From positions 1,054,001-1,118,000 of the forward strand of contig NC_043020.1 in NCBI RefSeq assembly GCF_006345805.1: a stretch of DNA of 64,000 nucleotides, in the 5' to 3' direction. The translations under genes were made by a program, and so were the position numbers. Positions 62,799 through 64,000 of the stretch are shown here, in pieces. Below the pieces are notes generated by a model. It did no database searches. It worked only from the letters and a program-made list of their open reading frames with translations, and was not told the origin of the DNA. Every line of letters starts with the position of its first letter. Positions within the stretch are counted from its first letter, which is position 1. This stretch comes from Octopus sinensis. Lineage: Eukaryota.

Positions 62799-63287
62799 AT
62801 CAAACATGGTAAAGAGGACTCAATACGTGAATGTCTATGTTTTCCTCGCTAATTTTACATGGTTGAAATTAGAAACGTGGCTCAAAGACTGAGAGTTTTG
62901 CTAGTACCATAAACGAAACTTTCGGCTCTTGAGTAACGTTATGCCTGATGACCCAAGGCTATAAGAACACACACCAGGTGCTTATTTTGATTTACTCAGG
63001 ATCTACGTCATTGACTCTCCGATGACGGAATCGCTCGCTGCCATATTGATAGCTGCTGTTCGTTTGTTGGGAGATGCAACATCTGTGCATCTATTCTTGA
63101 GACAACTAACAGAGAATATTTGCACATCAGCTTATTTCTTTCGTTTGATCTATATTCTTTTAACAACTCAACGATAATGTTTAAATATATCATTGTCATG
63201 ATTCAGCGTGATACCAGCTGTTCGCTTGTTTTTACTTTCACTCTGTGTATACATATACATACATATGTATGTATAAATATATATATA

Positions 63288-63397
63288 TTCTTTTATTTGT
63301 TTCAGTCATTTGACGGCGGCCATGCTGAAGCACCGAATTTAGTCGAACAAATCGACCCCAGGACATATTCTTTGTAGGCATAGTACTTATTCTATTG
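63288..63397 (-). mobile_element. SINE family A 3' fragment
   Basis: TTTCAGTCATTTGACGGCGGCCATGCTG..ATCGACCCCAGGAC..AGTACTTATTCTAT. Confidence 0.82.
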
Positions 63398-63454
63398 CGC
63401 GCGCGTGTGTGTGGGTGTGTGTGCGTGTGTGTGTGTGTGTGGTGTGTGTGTGTG

Positions 63455-63486
<32 letters not shown>

Positions 63487-63529
63487 GTGTGTGCATGCGT
63501 GCACGTGTGATACAAATTAAAAATATACG

Positions 63530-63660
63530 AAGTCGAGGTAAAGAAAAGAAACGGGTGTTATAGGGTATTATGTTGACGCTCAGGAAAACTGGTAGTAGCT
63601 TTTAAGGTTTCGAGCTTACGTTCCGCTGCTGAAAGGGTAGATGAAGTGAGGAAAAAGAGG
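63530..63660 (-). mobile_element. Decayed third copy of the hammerhead-bearing repeat
   Basis: GTATTATGTTGACGCTCAGG..TTTAAGGTTTCGAGCTTACG; core motif degraded. Confidence 0.45.
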
Positions 63661-64000
63661 GTGTTTGTGTGTGTACCTCTGTATTTGTGTTTCTGCACCT
63701 AATCACTTAATAACCGGTGCTAGTTTACTAATGTCTCAGGTGGTGATGGTGGTAGTGGTGGTTGTGGTGGTGGGGGGTGAGAATGATGATGAGGATGATG
63801 AAAGAAAGAAAAAAAGGTGACTAATATCTCGGATCGAATGTGTGCCAGACCAAACCAAAAAAAGTACAAGGTTCAGTTTTTGTCAAGCAAACTCATCAAG
63901 GCAGTGCTCCAGAAAGGCCGCCGTCCATGACTCAAACGAGTAAAAAATAAATGACCAAAGATTTCATAGAAGAACGTAATAATTGACGTTTCGAACAAAA

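Overview
AT-rich animal genomic DNA dominated by repeats, with a 100-N assembly gap at 18042-18141. The tRNA-derived SINE repertoire and the microsatellite load look like an octopus (cephalopod) genome; this is an inference from recall and was not checked. No protein-coding gene can be confidently identified, and nearly all long ORFs in the track are translated microsatellites. The window holds four tRNA-headed SINE families and LINE remnants of the Tx1/L1, CR1, RTE and R4/Dong types. DNA transposon remnants include three mariner families, a DD37D/maT-like element, a Tc2/pogo-like MITE, a TTAA piggyBac-like MITE and a Chapaev3-like transposase. There are also foldback elements and many near-perfect palindromes. 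The most interesting items are: a dispersed repeat carrying a minimal hammerhead-like motif with covarying stem I and a self-complementary stem III; a Tx1-like LINE whose four pieces all sit in (TATC)n arrays, one with a ~250-bp flanking duplication; a foldback element enclosing a TTAGGG/TTTTAGGG array; and a 552-bp element embedded in (AAT)n beside an R4/Dong remnant. A few unique islands may be exons (low confidence). All coordinates and identity counts were read by eye and are approximate.
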